NCBI RefSeq assembly: GCF_001194135.2
Contig: NC_068983.1
Location: 1,997,706-2,061,705, forward strand
Length of the DNA: 64,000 nt
Direction of reading: 5' to 3'
Source of the DNA: Octopus bimaculoides
Taxonomy: Eukaryota
Part shown: positions 63,371 through 64,000 of the stretch, piece by piece
Numbering within the stretch: position 1 is the stretch's first letter
How the letters are laid out: each line of letters opens with the position of its first letter
Translations under genes and position numbers: made by a program
The notes under the pieces: generated by a model
What the model saw: the letters and a program-made list of their open reading frames with translations, nothing else
Databases searched by the model: none
What the model was told of the DNA's origin: nothing

Positions 63371-64000
63371 TTGGCAGGTCAGCTTATTAGAAGTATAGTC
63401 ATGATATACTAATCTTCCAATACTCTAGGACAGTTATAACTACTCACCTAAGATGTATCAAAACTTCTAGAATGCTTTTTTTTTGTATTGTAACTAATTC
63501 CAGAGAGAGTATGAATGTTTTAATTAAGGGGTTCTTGTAAACAATACGAAGCACAGAAAGGAAGAGGATGGTTAGGTAGAGAAAGGAGGCGGCTACAACT
63601 AAATCAATGAGCAATTGGTGTTATCTATCGCTGTTTAGGTATTCGGTACGTGGAGTAAACCTCTAAAGTTAGACTGAAATGCAAAATTCAATTACAAACT
63701 AACTTACAAAATAAGCCAACGGCTACTTTTCATAATTAAATGTGTCTAAAATAGCAGAAAAAAACCATTAATGTCATTATATAAATGATTAATTATTATT
63801 ATATAGGAAAGATGCTTGTTTATATAAAATTTGAAAAGCAAAACTAATTTAACTATGCCTAAAGTTATAAAAAAAATTAGTGGAGCATAGTTCAGTAAAC
63901 CCAGTTCTGTTAGAATAAAAAAAGTTGTAAAGAACCTTAACTTCTAGACATCATATATTGCATAATTCACACACCAATAACTTTTAAATACCTATAAAAA

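Overview
This is not a prokaryotic locus. It is AT-rich, microsatellite-dense eukaryotic DNA from a gapped short-read assembly, with N runs at about 2145-2320, 3496-3982, 6707-6806, 9452-9640, 42421-42430, 50178-50489, 55178-55208 and 55477-56050. By my recognition of the repeats (tRNA/CORE-type SINEs with an internal (TA/TG)n core, R4/Dong LINEs, Penelope elements) it is most likely an octopus/cephalopod genome; this is inference, not a database result. I found no intact host gene, no rRNA or genuine tRNA and no CRISPR array. Most ORFs in the track are microsatellite or N artefacts, or decayed transposon frames. The window is a layered graveyard of mobile elements: mariner and Tc1 remnants, many R4/Dong LINE fragments, CR1-group and Tx1-like LINE ends, Penelope RT/GIY-YIG fragments, a dozen or more SINEs and several long-inverted-repeat elements. 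The most notable observations are: (i) minimal hammerhead-ribozyme cores in short Penelope-derived repeats, two with an intact catalytic consensus; (ii) a 3' tail shared by the dominant SINE and a CR1-group LINE; (iii) a 128-bp, 2-mismatch foldback element; (iv) a mariner made of two 5' ends joined head-to-head; (v) a LINE with an ORF1-like CCCH finger fused directly to the ORF2 C-terminus; (vi) Dong LINE junctions repeatedly at (TAA)n. I cannot support a wholly new biological system from sequence alone. Element boundaries are approximate and identities are judged by eye.
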